NCBI GenBank assembly: GCA_002716355.1
Contig: PBAU01000008.1
Span: 18,457-50,456, forward strand
Reading direction: 5' to 3'
From: a bacterium
GTDB taxonomy: Bacteria; UBP7; UBA6624
DNA: 32,000 nucleotides
This document shows positions 8,530-17,021 of the stretch, piece after piece. A program made the translations under genes and the position numbers. Under the pieces are notes generated by a model, which did not search any database, had not been told where the DNA came from, and saw only the letters and a list, made by a program, of their open reading frames with translations. How positions within the stretch are numbered: the stretch's first letter is position 1; every line of letters begins with the position of its first letter.

Positions 8530-8934
8530 ATGCGAAAAATAATTGTTTACATTGTTATGATTTTGCTGATTTATCTCTCTTATCTATCTGATTTAAAAGA
8601 TTCAAATATCAAATACGTAAAATATGACCAAAAAAACATTTACACAGATCCCTTTAGCGTTAAAGTTGAAGTCAGCAATTCATCAGACTTGCAAATCATA
8701 AAAGATCGTCAAAAATTATTTGATGGAATGATTCAAAATCAGAAAACAATCGAAATGAAAGTCAAGGAATCAATAACAATAAGAACAAATGATTTTGAAA
8801 ACATATCTATATATTGGCTTGATGAGGATAGCGAATGGGTTGACGTTGAAGAAATAGAACATCCTTTTAGCCTGACTCTTACCCGTAGTGGAGGTAAAAT
8901 TCTTCTGTTTATAGACCAAGGAGAAACAAAATGA
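8530..8934 (+). CDS. Small N-terminally membrane-anchored protein of unknown function
   Basis: N-terminal hydrophobic helix IIVYIVMILLIYLSYL followed by a beta-rich soluble part. ATGA overlap with the downstream Omp85 gene suggests translational coupling. I recognise no motif with confidence; there is only a weak resemblance to the RodZ C-terminal/DUF4115 type. Confidence 0.6.
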   Translation: MRKIIVYIVMILLIYLSYLSDLKDSNIKYVKYDQKNIYTDPFSVKVEVSNSSDLQIIKDRQKLFDGMIQNQKTIEMKVKESITIRTNDFENISIYWLDEDSEWVDVEEIEHPFSLTLTRSGGKILLFIDQGETK

Positions 8935-10673
8935 AAAAAACATTTTTACTTTTATTACTATTGCTAGGCGTCCAATCACTAAAAGCAGTAGATGTTATTG
9001 AGGTCAATTTTCCAGATTCAAAAAATCTTGAAACAGACTGGCTTGAAAATATATTTGGAATAAATCCAGGAGATACATTTTCAACCGTTTCAATAGAGCA
9101 AGGTTTAGAAAGGCTGTACTCATCAGGATTTTTTGTTGAAAAACCAACATCAGAAACATCGATAACTGATGGGAATGTAATAATAAATGTGAAATTTAGA
9201 GAATTTCCCATAATCGAATCAATAGTTTTAGAAGGTATAGAGTGGATTGATCCATTGACAGTCCTAAATTCCATCACAGTAAAAGAAGGATTCATGCTTA
9301 ACACCAATGAACTAATGGAAAGCTACAGGATAATCAAAGCAAAATATGCAGAAAATGGATACCCTTGGATATTCAATGAGTCAGAAAGCTTAAATTGGGA
9401 AAGTAAAACTTTAACAATCAAATTTATTGAACCTTTATTTGGTGATGTGATTTTTGAAGGCTTAATGAATACAAACCCCAATGCCTTAAAAAGATTTCTC
9501 TGGATGGAAAAAGGCGACCCTATAACCTATTCAGCCATTCAGCTTGAGCTAAAAGACCTTTATGCAACAAAACTTTTTTCATCTGTTCCAGAGGTAAGGA
9601 TACAACTTCCAGAAAAAAATGAAAATTTACCCTATTTTGATATTGTTTACTCTTTAACAGAGGCAGAAAAAACAGCAAACCTTTTGTTTGGTGCTTTTTA
9701 TGGAGATACATCAGGATTAGGTGGATACATCAGCTACAGAGAAGATAATTTTAGAGGTAATGCTGTAAGCCTTGGGACAACATTATCTTATGGTGACAGG
9801 GGAAGCTCTTATGACATATCTTACAAAGATGATAGTTACAAAGACACAAGACTATCATTAAGCTCAAGAATTTTTGACACTGATAGAAACATAATTTTTT
9901 ACGAAGAGGCAAATGATCCAAACTACAACTTTGCAAGCAAAGGTGGAGAAATTTCATTAGGCAAAAGAGTTGACAGGATGACAAGGTTGGACTTTACGCT
10001 TCACTCAAGCGAAAATAGCTATGATCCGGAAGACCCTAATAATCTTGTTTGTGACCCAGCAATTGACCCTGGCTGTGATGACATTCTTGCTGAAAAAGGA
10101 ATTCTTGAAGGAGATCTGAACAGCATAAGCCTTGGCTACACCAAAGATACAAGATTTAACCCTTTTGACCCAACAGATGATGCCACCTATTACAAATTCT
10201 CTATCGAGCATGGCTTTGACTCTTCAGAAGAAAGTTTTGGATTTACCAAATACTCATATGATTTAAGGAAATACAAACAGCTAAGCAATCCTGAATTCCT
10301 TTTAGCTGGAAGGTACAAGGTTGGAAAGATTGATGGTGATGCACCCTCTACAAGACGATTCTGGACAGGTGGATCCTCTTCTTTGAGAGGTTATGACCTA
10401 GGTGAACAAAAAGGCAATTATCAATCCTTGTTAAATCTTGAATTGAGATGGCATAAAGAAGATACTCCTTGGTCAGCTGCTTTGTTTGCTGATTATGGAT
10501 CATCCTCAAATGAGTCTAGTGCACTTTCTTTTGAAAACGCAATGATGAGTTATGGGATTGGCGTCAGGTTCAGCATCGGCTTCTTTGGTATTGCTCCAGT
10601 GAGATTTGACCTAGCCTTTTCGCCTGACCTGGATGATACAAAATTTCACTTTTCTGTAGGACATATGTTTTAA
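8931..10673 (+). CDS. Omp85/BamA-family outer-membrane protein assembly factor with 3 POTRA domains
   Basis: Signal peptide MKKTFLLLLLLLGVQSLKA. Three POTRA-like units of about 75 aa each (...GINPGDTFS...LERLYSSGFF...). C-terminal barrel with the typical GIGVRFSIGF...PVRFDLAF...HFSVGHMF ending. Sits immediately upstream of lpxD, as bamA does. Confidence 0.85.
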   Translation: MKKTFLLLLLLLGVQSLKAVDVIEVNFPDSKNLETDWLENIFGINPGDTFSTVSIEQGLERLYSSGFFVEKPTSETSITDGNVIINVKFREFPIIESIVLEGIEWIDPLTVLNSITVKEGFMLNTNELMESYRIIKAKYAENGYPWIFNESESLNWESKTLTIKFIEPLFGDVIFEGLMNTNPNALKRFLWMEKGDPITYSAIQLELKDLYATKLFSSVPEVRIQLPEKNENLPYFDIVYSLTEAEKTANLLFGAFYGDTSGLGGYISYREDNFRGNAVSLGTTLSYGDRGSSYDISYKDDSYKDTRLSLSSRIFDTDRNIIFYEEANDPNYNFASKGGEISLGKRVDRMTRLDFTLHSSENSYDPEDPNNLVCDPAIDPGCDDILAEKGILEGDLNSISLGYTKDTRFNPFDPTDDATYYKFSIEHGFDSSEESFGFTKYSYDLRKYKQLSNPEFLLAGRYKVGKIDGDAPSTRRFWTGGSSSLRGYDLGEQKGNYQSLLNLELRWHKEDTPWSAALFADYGSSSNESSALSFENAMMSYGIGVRFSIGFFGIAPVRFDLAFSPDLDDTKFHFSVGHMF

Positions 10674-11647
10674 TGGCTTGGAGCTTAGATCAATTATCCA
10701 GAATTTCCGGAGGGGAAACATGTGGAGACAAGGAGTCTCTGATCATCGGATTATGCTCTTCAGAAAAACCAATAAAAAACTGTTTGGCATTTTCGCTTAA
10801 TGAAAAAATATCCAGAAATTTAGATCAAGCTGGTTGTTTCGTAATATCCAAAGAAAAACCTTTAAAAGGAATCTGTCATCCAGATCCCAAATTAGCATTT
10901 TCATCAATAGTAAATGAAATAAAACCAAATTATGAAAAACCAAAAAAACTAATAAGTGAAAAAGCTCACATAAGCAAATCTGCAAAAATAGATCAAGACG
11001 TTGAAATTGGGCCTTTTGTATTTATTGGCGAGGATGTAAAGATTAGCAAAGGAACCGAAATTCATGCTTTTTCATTTATTGGCAACAAATGCAAAATTGG
11101 ATCTTTCTGTAAAATCATGCCACACGCAGTAATTATGGATAATTGCAACCTTGGCGACAAGTGTTTAATAGGCCCAAGTTCAGTTGTGGGAAATTCTGGA
11201 TTCAACATACACAAAACTGATAAAGAAATATTCAGAATGCCTCATATCGGTGGTGTTCAAATTCAAAAAAATGCCACCATAGGTGCCTTAAACACAATTG
11301 ATGGAGGATTGATTGATCCAACAGATATTGGAAAAAATGTAAAAACTGATTCACAGGTACACATAGCTCATAATGTTAATTTAGGAGACAATGCATTAAT
11401 AGCTGCAAAAAGTGGTATAGCAGGCAGCTCTAAAATAAAAGAAAATTTCATAGCTGGAGGACGTGTTGGAGTTTCTGATCATACAAAAATAGGAAAAAAT
11501 GTAACAGCTGGCGTAGGAAGCATGATAATCTCAGATATAGAGGATGATTCGACAGTGCTTGGCTATCCAGCACGTGCAAAAAAAATTACACTTTCAATAT
11601 GGGCTAGCCTTAAGAAATTACCTGTATGGATAAAAAAGAAAAAATGA
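10673..11647 (+). CDS. lpxD: UDP-3-O-acylglucosamine N-acyltransferase LpxD
   Basis: Left-handed beta-helix hexapeptide repeats. Catalytic region QVHIAHNVNLGDN. The GYPAR tail parallels E. coli LpxD. TAATG overlap with the Omp85 gene. Confidence 0.85.
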   Translation: MAWSLDQLSRISGGETCGDKESLIIGLCSSEKPIKNCLAFSLNEKISRNLDQAGCFVISKEKPLKGICHPDPKLAFSSIVNEIKPNYEKPKKLISEKAHISKSAKIDQDVEIGPFVFIGEDVKISKGTEIHAFSFIGNKCKIGSFCKIMPHAVIMDNCNLGDKCLIGPSSVVGNSGFNIHKTDKEIFRMPHIGGVQIQKNATIGALNTIDGGLIDPTDIGKNVKTDSQVHIAHNVNLGDNALIAAKSGIAGSSKIKENFIAGGRVGVSDHTKIGKNVTAGVGSMIISDIEDDSTVLGYPARAKKITLSIWASLKKLPVWIKKKK

Positions 11648-12396
11648 TTCATCCTTCAGCCAAAATACACAAAAAGTCAATTGTGGGTAACAATGTTTCA
11701 ATAGGGCCTAATTCAATTGTGGGCAAGGATGTACAAATTGGGCAAAATACAATCATTGAAGACAACGTCCGACTAGATGGCAACGTCAATATAGGTCAAA
11801 ATGTGTACATTCACAGAGGTGTAACAATTGGTCCACCTCAGCATTTAGCCTTTAAAGACTACAATCATTCAACAGAGATACAGGACAGAACCATAATTAG
11901 AGAATTTGTAACAATACATGGTTCAACAAGCGAAAAACCAACAAAAATAGGTGAAGATTGTTACCTGATGGCTTTTTCGCACGTTGGACATGATTGCAAG
12001 CTTGAAAACAATGTAATATTGACAAATTTTGTTCAATTAGGTGGACATGTAACCATAGGCAAAAAAGCAGTGGTCGGAGGAGGGACAATGATCCATCAAA
12101 GAACTGAGCTAGGCGAAAGGGCAATGGTTGCAGCGATGATAGCAGTTCGCTTGTCTGTACCTCCCTACTCCATGGTTGCAGAAACAGGAAAAGGGATAAA
12201 AATTGTTAGCATTAATAGAAGGGGAATGTCAGACAATTTAAATTTAAGAAAAAATGCTGTACAGGCAATGAAATTACTAAAAACAAAAAACAATAAAAAA
12301 GAATTAACGGAAGAGCTTTCAGAACTAGACACCAACGAATCATTAATTTTGAAAAAATTTATTAACTCTAATACAAAATACTACAAGTGGGATTAA
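11644..12396 (+). CDS. lpxA: Acyl-ACP--UDP-GlcNAc O-acyltransferase LpxA
   Basis: MIHPSAKIH..., IREFVTIHGS, SHVGHDCKL, VPPY and INRRG parallel E. coli LpxA. The start is chosen at the ATG at 11644 (ATGA overlap with lpxD) rather than the track's 11626. Confidence 0.85.
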   Translation: MIHPSAKIHKKSIVGNNVSIGPNSIVGKDVQIGQNTIIEDNVRLDGNVNIGQNVYIHRGVTIGPPQHLAFKDYNHSTEIQDRTIIREFVTIHGSTSEKPTKIGEDCYLMAFSHVGHDCKLENNVILTNFVQLGGHVTIGKKAVVGGGTMIHQRTELGERAMVAAMIAVRLSVPPYSMVAETGKGIKIVSINRRGMSDNLNLRKNAVQAMKLLKTKNNKKELTEELSELDTNESLILKKFINSNTKYYKWD

Positions 12397-13304
12397 TGAA
12401 ATTTGCACTTGCTGGAAATGGCAAAATGGGCAAGCTCCACTACAGCCATCTAATAGAAAGAAAAGATCTTGAACTTGTTGCGGTTATAGACCCAAACGAA
12501 AAAGCACTTTTATCCTTGGATGAAAAAATAAAAAAATACACTGATTTTAAAAATTTTGATGAAAAAATAGATGCCTTGATTGTTGCAACACCAACAAAAT
12601 ATCACGAAAAAATAACAAATCATTTCTTGAAGAAGAATGTTCATATTTTGGTTGAAAAACCAATAGCAAAAAATATGAAAGAAGCTAAAAGCATGGTTAA
12701 AAATGCAAAACAAATGAACAGGGTATTGATGATTGGATACATAGAAAGGCACAACCCAATGATAAAAGCTTTATCAAAGTTGATTAAGTCAGAAGAAATT
12801 GAATCAATTTATGCTTCCAGATGGGCTCCAAGGCCAGCAAGAATCACGTCTGAAGGCGTAGTTCTTGATTCAATGATCCATGATATAGATATAGTTTTGC
12901 AATTATTAAACAAAAAAGTCAAGATGAAAGATGCTTTTGGCAACCTGGGAGCTGATGGATATCCAGATAATGCAAAAATAACTCTAGAAACCAAAGACAA
13001 CCAACTTGCTCATCTTTTTTCTGGCTGGGAAACAACATTAAGACATAGAACAATCTGTGTTACAACTCAAAAAAATATATACCTGGGTGACTATATAAAA
13101 AAAACTTTAACAAAGATCGACAAACAACACAATAAAAAAGAAAAAATACCGGTTCATTTAGGTGAAATGGATGCAATAAACTATCAAATAACAAAATTTA
13201 AAAATAATGTAAATCAGAAAAAATATTATCAAGAAAGCTTAGATCCTTTGGAGATTGTGCTAAAAGCGACTAAGAAAATAATCTCAGACAATAAGAATGA
13301 CTAA
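12396..13304 (+). CDS. Gfo/Idh/MocA-family NAD(P)-dependent oxidoreductase (possible sugar-nucleotide dehydrogenase)
   Basis: N-terminal Rossmann segment MKFALAGNGKMGKLH, then VEKPIA and IGYIERHNP motifs. The ATG at 12396 shares one base with the lpxA stop (TAATG). The track's start at 12387 is GTG. Confidence 0.8.
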   Translation: MKFALAGNGKMGKLHYSHLIERKDLELVAVIDPNEKALLSLDEKIKKYTDFKNFDEKIDALIVATPTKYHEKITNHFLKKNVHILVEKPIAKNMKEAKSMVKNAKQMNRVLMIGYIERHNPMIKALSKLIKSEEIESIYASRWAPRPARITSEGVVLDSMIHDIDIVLQLLNKKVKMKDAFGNLGADGYPDNAKITLETKDNQLAHLFSGWETTLRHRTICVTTQKNIYLGDYIKKTLTKIDKQHNKKEKIPVHLGEMDAINYQITKFKNNVNQKKYYQESLDPLEIVLKATKKIISDNKND

Positions 13305-14370
13305 AACAGCAGCCCTTATAGTCACCTACAACGCTCCAGAAAAAATATTAAAAAAATTAATTAAAAGCATAGAGGTTCAAGAAGAAATAAACAAAATACT
13401 AGTAGTAGATAACAATAGTAAAAATAATGAAGGGATTAAATACCTGAAAAAAAAGAATATAGAAATCATCGAAATGAAAAAAAACAAAGGATTCTCAACA
13501 GCTGTCAACAAAGGAGTAAAAGCTCTTTCAAAAATGGATTACATTTTACTTTTAAATTTTGACATAATTTTAAAAAAGCATGCTGTCAAAGAGATGTTGA
13601 AAGTTTTTGACAAAAAATCTAAAATTGCTGGAATTGCTCCAAAGATATATCTATATGATTATCCAGAAAATTTTGATTCTGTCGGAACATTGATTCATCC
13701 TGGATTGATAGCCGCTAATAGAGGTATTGGTCAACCCGACATAGGTCAATTCGACAACTCTGAGCCAGTTTTCGGATCATGCTTTGGATGCACTCTGCTT
13801 TCAGTAAAAGCATTAAAAGAAATAGGTGAATTATGGGAAAATTTTTTTCTATATTATGAAGATGTGGATTGGTGCTGGAGAGCAAGGATGGAAGGCTGGA
13901 TGTTTATGACTGCCCCAAAAGCAGAAGTAATACATCACCATTCATTTCTTCTAAAAAACAAGCCTTCAACATTCAAATACCATTACATCCAAAGCAATCT
14001 CTTGCTGTCGATTGTGAGATTGTTGGAACCACAAAAAGCATTTATCGAAATAGCAAGAAGGAGCAAGGCGCTTTTCAATAGAGCGAAAGTTGAAAAAGAA
14101 ATGAGAAAAGCTACTTTAAGCCTCTTCTTTCGCTTTTTCAAAATGCTGATTCCGGCAATTTTGTCAAGAATTAAAATACAAAAAAGAAGAACAGTGAAAG
14201 ATTCTTTACTTTTTGGCTTCTCTGATGGCCATGAAGGCTGTTTTTCTGATACAGAGTACAAACCCATTGAAAACAATCTACCGCAAACACTTGCACTTTA
14301 CCAAAAATGGACATTAACATTTTCAAGCAAATACAAAAAGGAGGCTGAAAATGCATCAAGAAGAATTTAA
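13297..14370 (+). CDS. Family-2 glycosyltransferase (rhamnosyltransferase-like)
   Basis: AALIVTYN...VVDNNS...NKGFSTAVNKG...LLLNFD...YYEDVDWCWRAR is the typical GT2/WbbL-like layout. Confidence 0.85.
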   Translation: MTKTAALIVTYNAPEKILKKLIKSIEVQEEINKILVVDNNSKNNEGIKYLKKKNIEIIEMKKNKGFSTAVNKGVKALSKMDYILLLNFDIILKKHAVKEMLKVFDKKSKIAGIAPKIYLYDYPENFDSVGTLIHPGLIAANRGIGQPDIGQFDNSEPVFGSCFGCTLLSVKALKEIGELWENFFLYYEDVDWCWRARMEGWMFMTAPKAEVIHHHSFLLKNKPSTFKYHYIQSNLLLSIVRLLEPQKAFIEIARRSKALFNRAKVEKEMRKATLSLFFRFFKMLIPAILSRIKIQKRRTVKDSLLFGFSDGHEGCFSDTEYKPIENNLPQTLALYQKWTLTFSSKYKKEAENASRRI

Positions 14371-15265
14371 AAAACTATTAGAGAAAGAGGCTAAATTTTG
14401 GGCTCACTTCAATGAAGATGCATTAAAAAAAGGCATTCCTCACTGGCTTGATCTTCAAAATGCGAAACCCATAAAAAGAAGGCCTTATAACCCTTTTAAC
14501 GATTCCAGAATTGAACAAATCATAAGAGGTGATATAAAAGAAGATTTTTTACAATCCGCAAAAAACATTGTAGGTAAAAATAAAAGGGCTCTAGATTTTG
14601 GATGTGGAATGGGTTGGCTCTCTTTAGAGCTGTCAAGGCAGGGTTTTAATGTGGATGGATTTGACCTAGCGGAAAGAAGCATCGAGATAGCAAAAAATTA
14701 TTCAAAAAAAATGAAACAAAAAATAAATTACAAAGTTGCTGATCTAAACAACCAAAAATTTAAAGAAAATTTTTATGATGTTATTGCCATATGGGACGTT
14801 CTTCATCACTTGCTTGACCCGGAAATAGTATTAAAAAGATTAAAAAAATCACTTAAGCCAAATGGAAAAATTCTAATCCTCGATCATTTAGGTTTTAATC
14901 AAGAAAATGAAAAAATTGTAAAAATGTTAATAAATACTTTACCGGCTAAATTCTCCCATATAGTATACAGAATAAAAAGAAAACTTAAACTAGAAAAAAA
15001 CAAAAAAGAAGATCAGGTTATCGAAGATGCTCCTTTTGAACATTGTTCTGAAAGCAAAATACTTCCTGCAATTAAGAAAATACTACCGAACGCAGATATT
15101 AAAGAAAGACTACCGATAGCAATTCACTTAGCCCATCATCACGAAACACCTGATTTTTTGACAGAACCTATATGGAATTTTGTTAAACATATTGACAACA
15201 AAATGTTAAAAAATGGAGCAAAAGGAGAATACGTTTCAGTCATATGGACTAAAGATATAAAATAG
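14351..15265 (+). CDS. Class-I SAM-dependent methyltransferase
   Basis: Motif I ALDFGCGMGWLS, then DGFDLAERSI, DVIAIWDVLHHL and LKPNGKILILD. GGAGG lies 6 nt upstream of the ATG. Overlaps the GT2 gene by 20 nt. Confidence 0.8.
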   Translation: MHQEEFKKLLEKEAKFWAHFNEDALKKGIPHWLDLQNAKPIKRRPYNPFNDSRIEQIIRGDIKEDFLQSAKNIVGKNKRALDFGCGMGWLSLELSRQGFNVDGFDLAERSIEIAKNYSKKMKQKINYKVADLNNQKFKENFYDVIAIWDVLHHLLDPEIVLKRLKKSLKPNGKILILDHLGFNQENEKIVKMLINTLPAKFSHIVYRIKRKLKLEKNKKEDQVIEDAPFEHCSESKILPAIKKILPNADIKERLPIAIHLAHHHETPDFLTEPIWNFVKHIDNKMLKNGAKGEYVSVIWTKDIK

Positions 15266-15299
15266 TCATAGACTATTTTAAAAAAGGAGGTTCACAATT

Positions 15300-17009
15300 A
15301 TGAACATTTACCTATTTTTAGCAAGCTTAATTCCAAGCATTACTGTTGAGCTAACACAAGAGGAGAAGCAAATTTTTACCAGCTATAGACCTCAAAGATT
15401 TGAATTAAGCGAAGCCCCTTCAGAGGAACTTATATCAGAACCAACATATCTTTTTAAGCCAATGTACGCAACATTAAAACTGGGGCAGGATCCCAGAAAT
15501 GCTCCAGCGGCAATAAAAGCTTGTTCGGAAAAGTCTGATTTTGAAAAAATAAAAGAATTGTTAAATTCAAGCATCCAGGAAATAGAAAAAGAAAAAGAAA
15601 AAGAAGATCAAGCTTTTGAAAAAAAATTAAAAGCGAAGAAGATTGAAAAACCTGAAGAAGAACAAGAAGAAAAGAAGATTAAAAAACCTGAAGAAGAACA
15701 AGAAGAAAAGAAGATTAAAAAATCTGAAAGATCAAATTTAATTCAATCCTTAGTGGATTGTAGAAACGAAAACAAAAATAATGAAGAGGATAACAGTATA
15801 ACAATTGTTATTGACTCAAAAGCTTTCTACTCTTCAGACTCTGAAAAAATTAAAAATATGTGTTTAGAAAAAATCAAACCAGAGCTGATGGATCAAGATC
15901 TAGCAATGAGCGCAATTAGAGAATTGGATAAAAACTTAAACTCACAAGAAGATAAGGAGAAAGCGAAAGAAATACAAAAAATTATTGATTGTAGAAAAGA
16001 AAACGCAACAGACTTTAACGCTGAATGGTTTAATGAATTTGAATCAAAAATATATATCGATTCAAATAATGATAATGATTTAACAAATGATGGCGATGGT
16101 TCATGGAGCTCCAAATCCTCAAGAACATTTAATACAGAAGCTGAAATACAGCTCCAATACAGAAATTTAGAACAAGTTTTCTCATATAAGGTTAAATGCT
16201 ATAAATTAGCAACTGCAGTTCCGGTTAAAGGTAAAGATTCTGTCTTATGCTATCGTTGGAACAACAAATCAGGAATAATAAGTTGGGACAATCAAGAATA
16301 CAAAATAGCCCTAGCTGACGAAAACACAGACGGTCTTTTTAATGACTTGAACAATGTAGCGTTATCAATAGACAGGGATCAGGATGGAAAATTAAATGGT
16401 TCTACATCGTCTGCTGAAGGATACAAGGGAAATCAGCTTTTTGAATTTGGAGGAATATCCTGGCAGATAGACTCAATAAATGAAAGTGGTACAAAAATGA
16501 TTCTAAAAAAATCTAAAAAAGAGGCTCCGAACAAACCTTACCTGACCGCAGGAAACAAATCTCCAAGTTTTTCATTTGTTTCTCATAGCGGCAAAAAAAT
16601 ATCACTTGAAAAACTGAAAGGCAAGGTTGTATTAATTGATTTTTGGGCAACCTGGTGTGGCCCCTGCATAAGGATGGCTCCAGAAATTCAAGAACTTTAC
16701 AATCAATTAGAAGGTCCTAATTTTGTAATGCTCGGTATAAGTCTTGATACAAGTGAAGAAAAATTAAATAAATATCTAGAAGACAATCCAGAAATGAGAT
16801 GGGAAGAACATTTCGATGGAAAGGGTTGGGATAATGAAATATCAGAAATATTTCGTGTCAACAGCATTCCAACAATGTATCTAATTGACCAAAATGGAAT
16901 AATAGTAAAACAAAAAGCTTACCCGAGTATTGCAATTAAAGATGATGTTGAAAAACTGCTAAAGGAATACAAAGAAAACAAAAAAAGAAAAAACGGTTTT
17001 TTGTTTTAG
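15300..17009 (+). CDS. Exported TlpA/ResA-family thiol:disulfide oxidoreductase with a roughly 420-aa N-terminal region of unknown function
   Basis: C-terminal GKVVLIDFWATWCGPCIRMAPE...VMLGISLD...NSIPTMYLIDQNGIIV gives a canonical CXXC and cis-Pro. AGGAGG RBS upstream. The N-terminus contains a charged KKIxKPEEEQEE repeat, two DCR(N/K)EN modules and DxDxDG-like loops. Confidence 0.85.
   Translation: MNIYLFLASLIPSITVELTQEEKQIFTSYRPQRFELSEAPSEELISEPTYLFKPMYATLKLGQDPRNAPAAIKACSEKSDFEKIKELLNSSIQEIEKEKEKEDQAFEKKLKAKKIEKPEEEQEEKKIKKPEEEQEEKKIKKSERSNLIQSLVDCRNENKNNEEDNSITIVIDSKAFYSSDSEKIKNMCLEKIKPELMDQDLAMSAIRELDKNLNSQEDKEKAKEIQKIIDCRKENATDFNAEWFNEFESKIYIDSNNDNDLTNDGDGSWSSKSSRTFNTEAEIQLQYRNLEQVFSYKVKCYKLATAVPVKGKDSVLCYRWNNKSGIISWDNQEYKIALADENTDGLFNDLNNVALSIDRDQDGKLNGSTSSAEGYKGNQLFEFGGISWQIDSINESGTKMILKKSKKEAPNKPYLTAGNKSPSFSFVSHSGKKISLEKLKGKVVLIDFWATWCGPCIRMAPEIQELYNQLEGPNFVMLGISLDTSEEKLNKYLEDNPEMRWEEHFDGKGWDNEISEIFRVNSIPTMYLIDQNGIIVKQKAYPSIAIKDDVEKLLKEYKENKKRKNGFLF
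15636..15728 (+). repeat. 36-bp in-frame tandem repeat, 2 full copies plus a 21-nt partial copy
   Basis: aagaagattGaaaaacctgaagaagaacaagaagaa (15636-15671), the same unit with A (15672-15707), then aagaagattaaaaaatctgaa. Encodes KKIEKPEEEQEE / KKIKKPEEEQEE / KKIKKSE. Confidence 0.9.
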
Positions 17010-17021
17010 AATTACGACTTC

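Noticed and set aside
15258-15280. 10-bp inverted repeat taaaatagtc-ata-gactatttta overlapping the methyltransferase stop codon
   Set aside because: The stem is almost entirely A/T (2 G:C pairs), and it is followed by an A-run and RBS rather than a T-tract. I cannot separate it from chance in AT-rich DNA. At most it is a weak attenuator.
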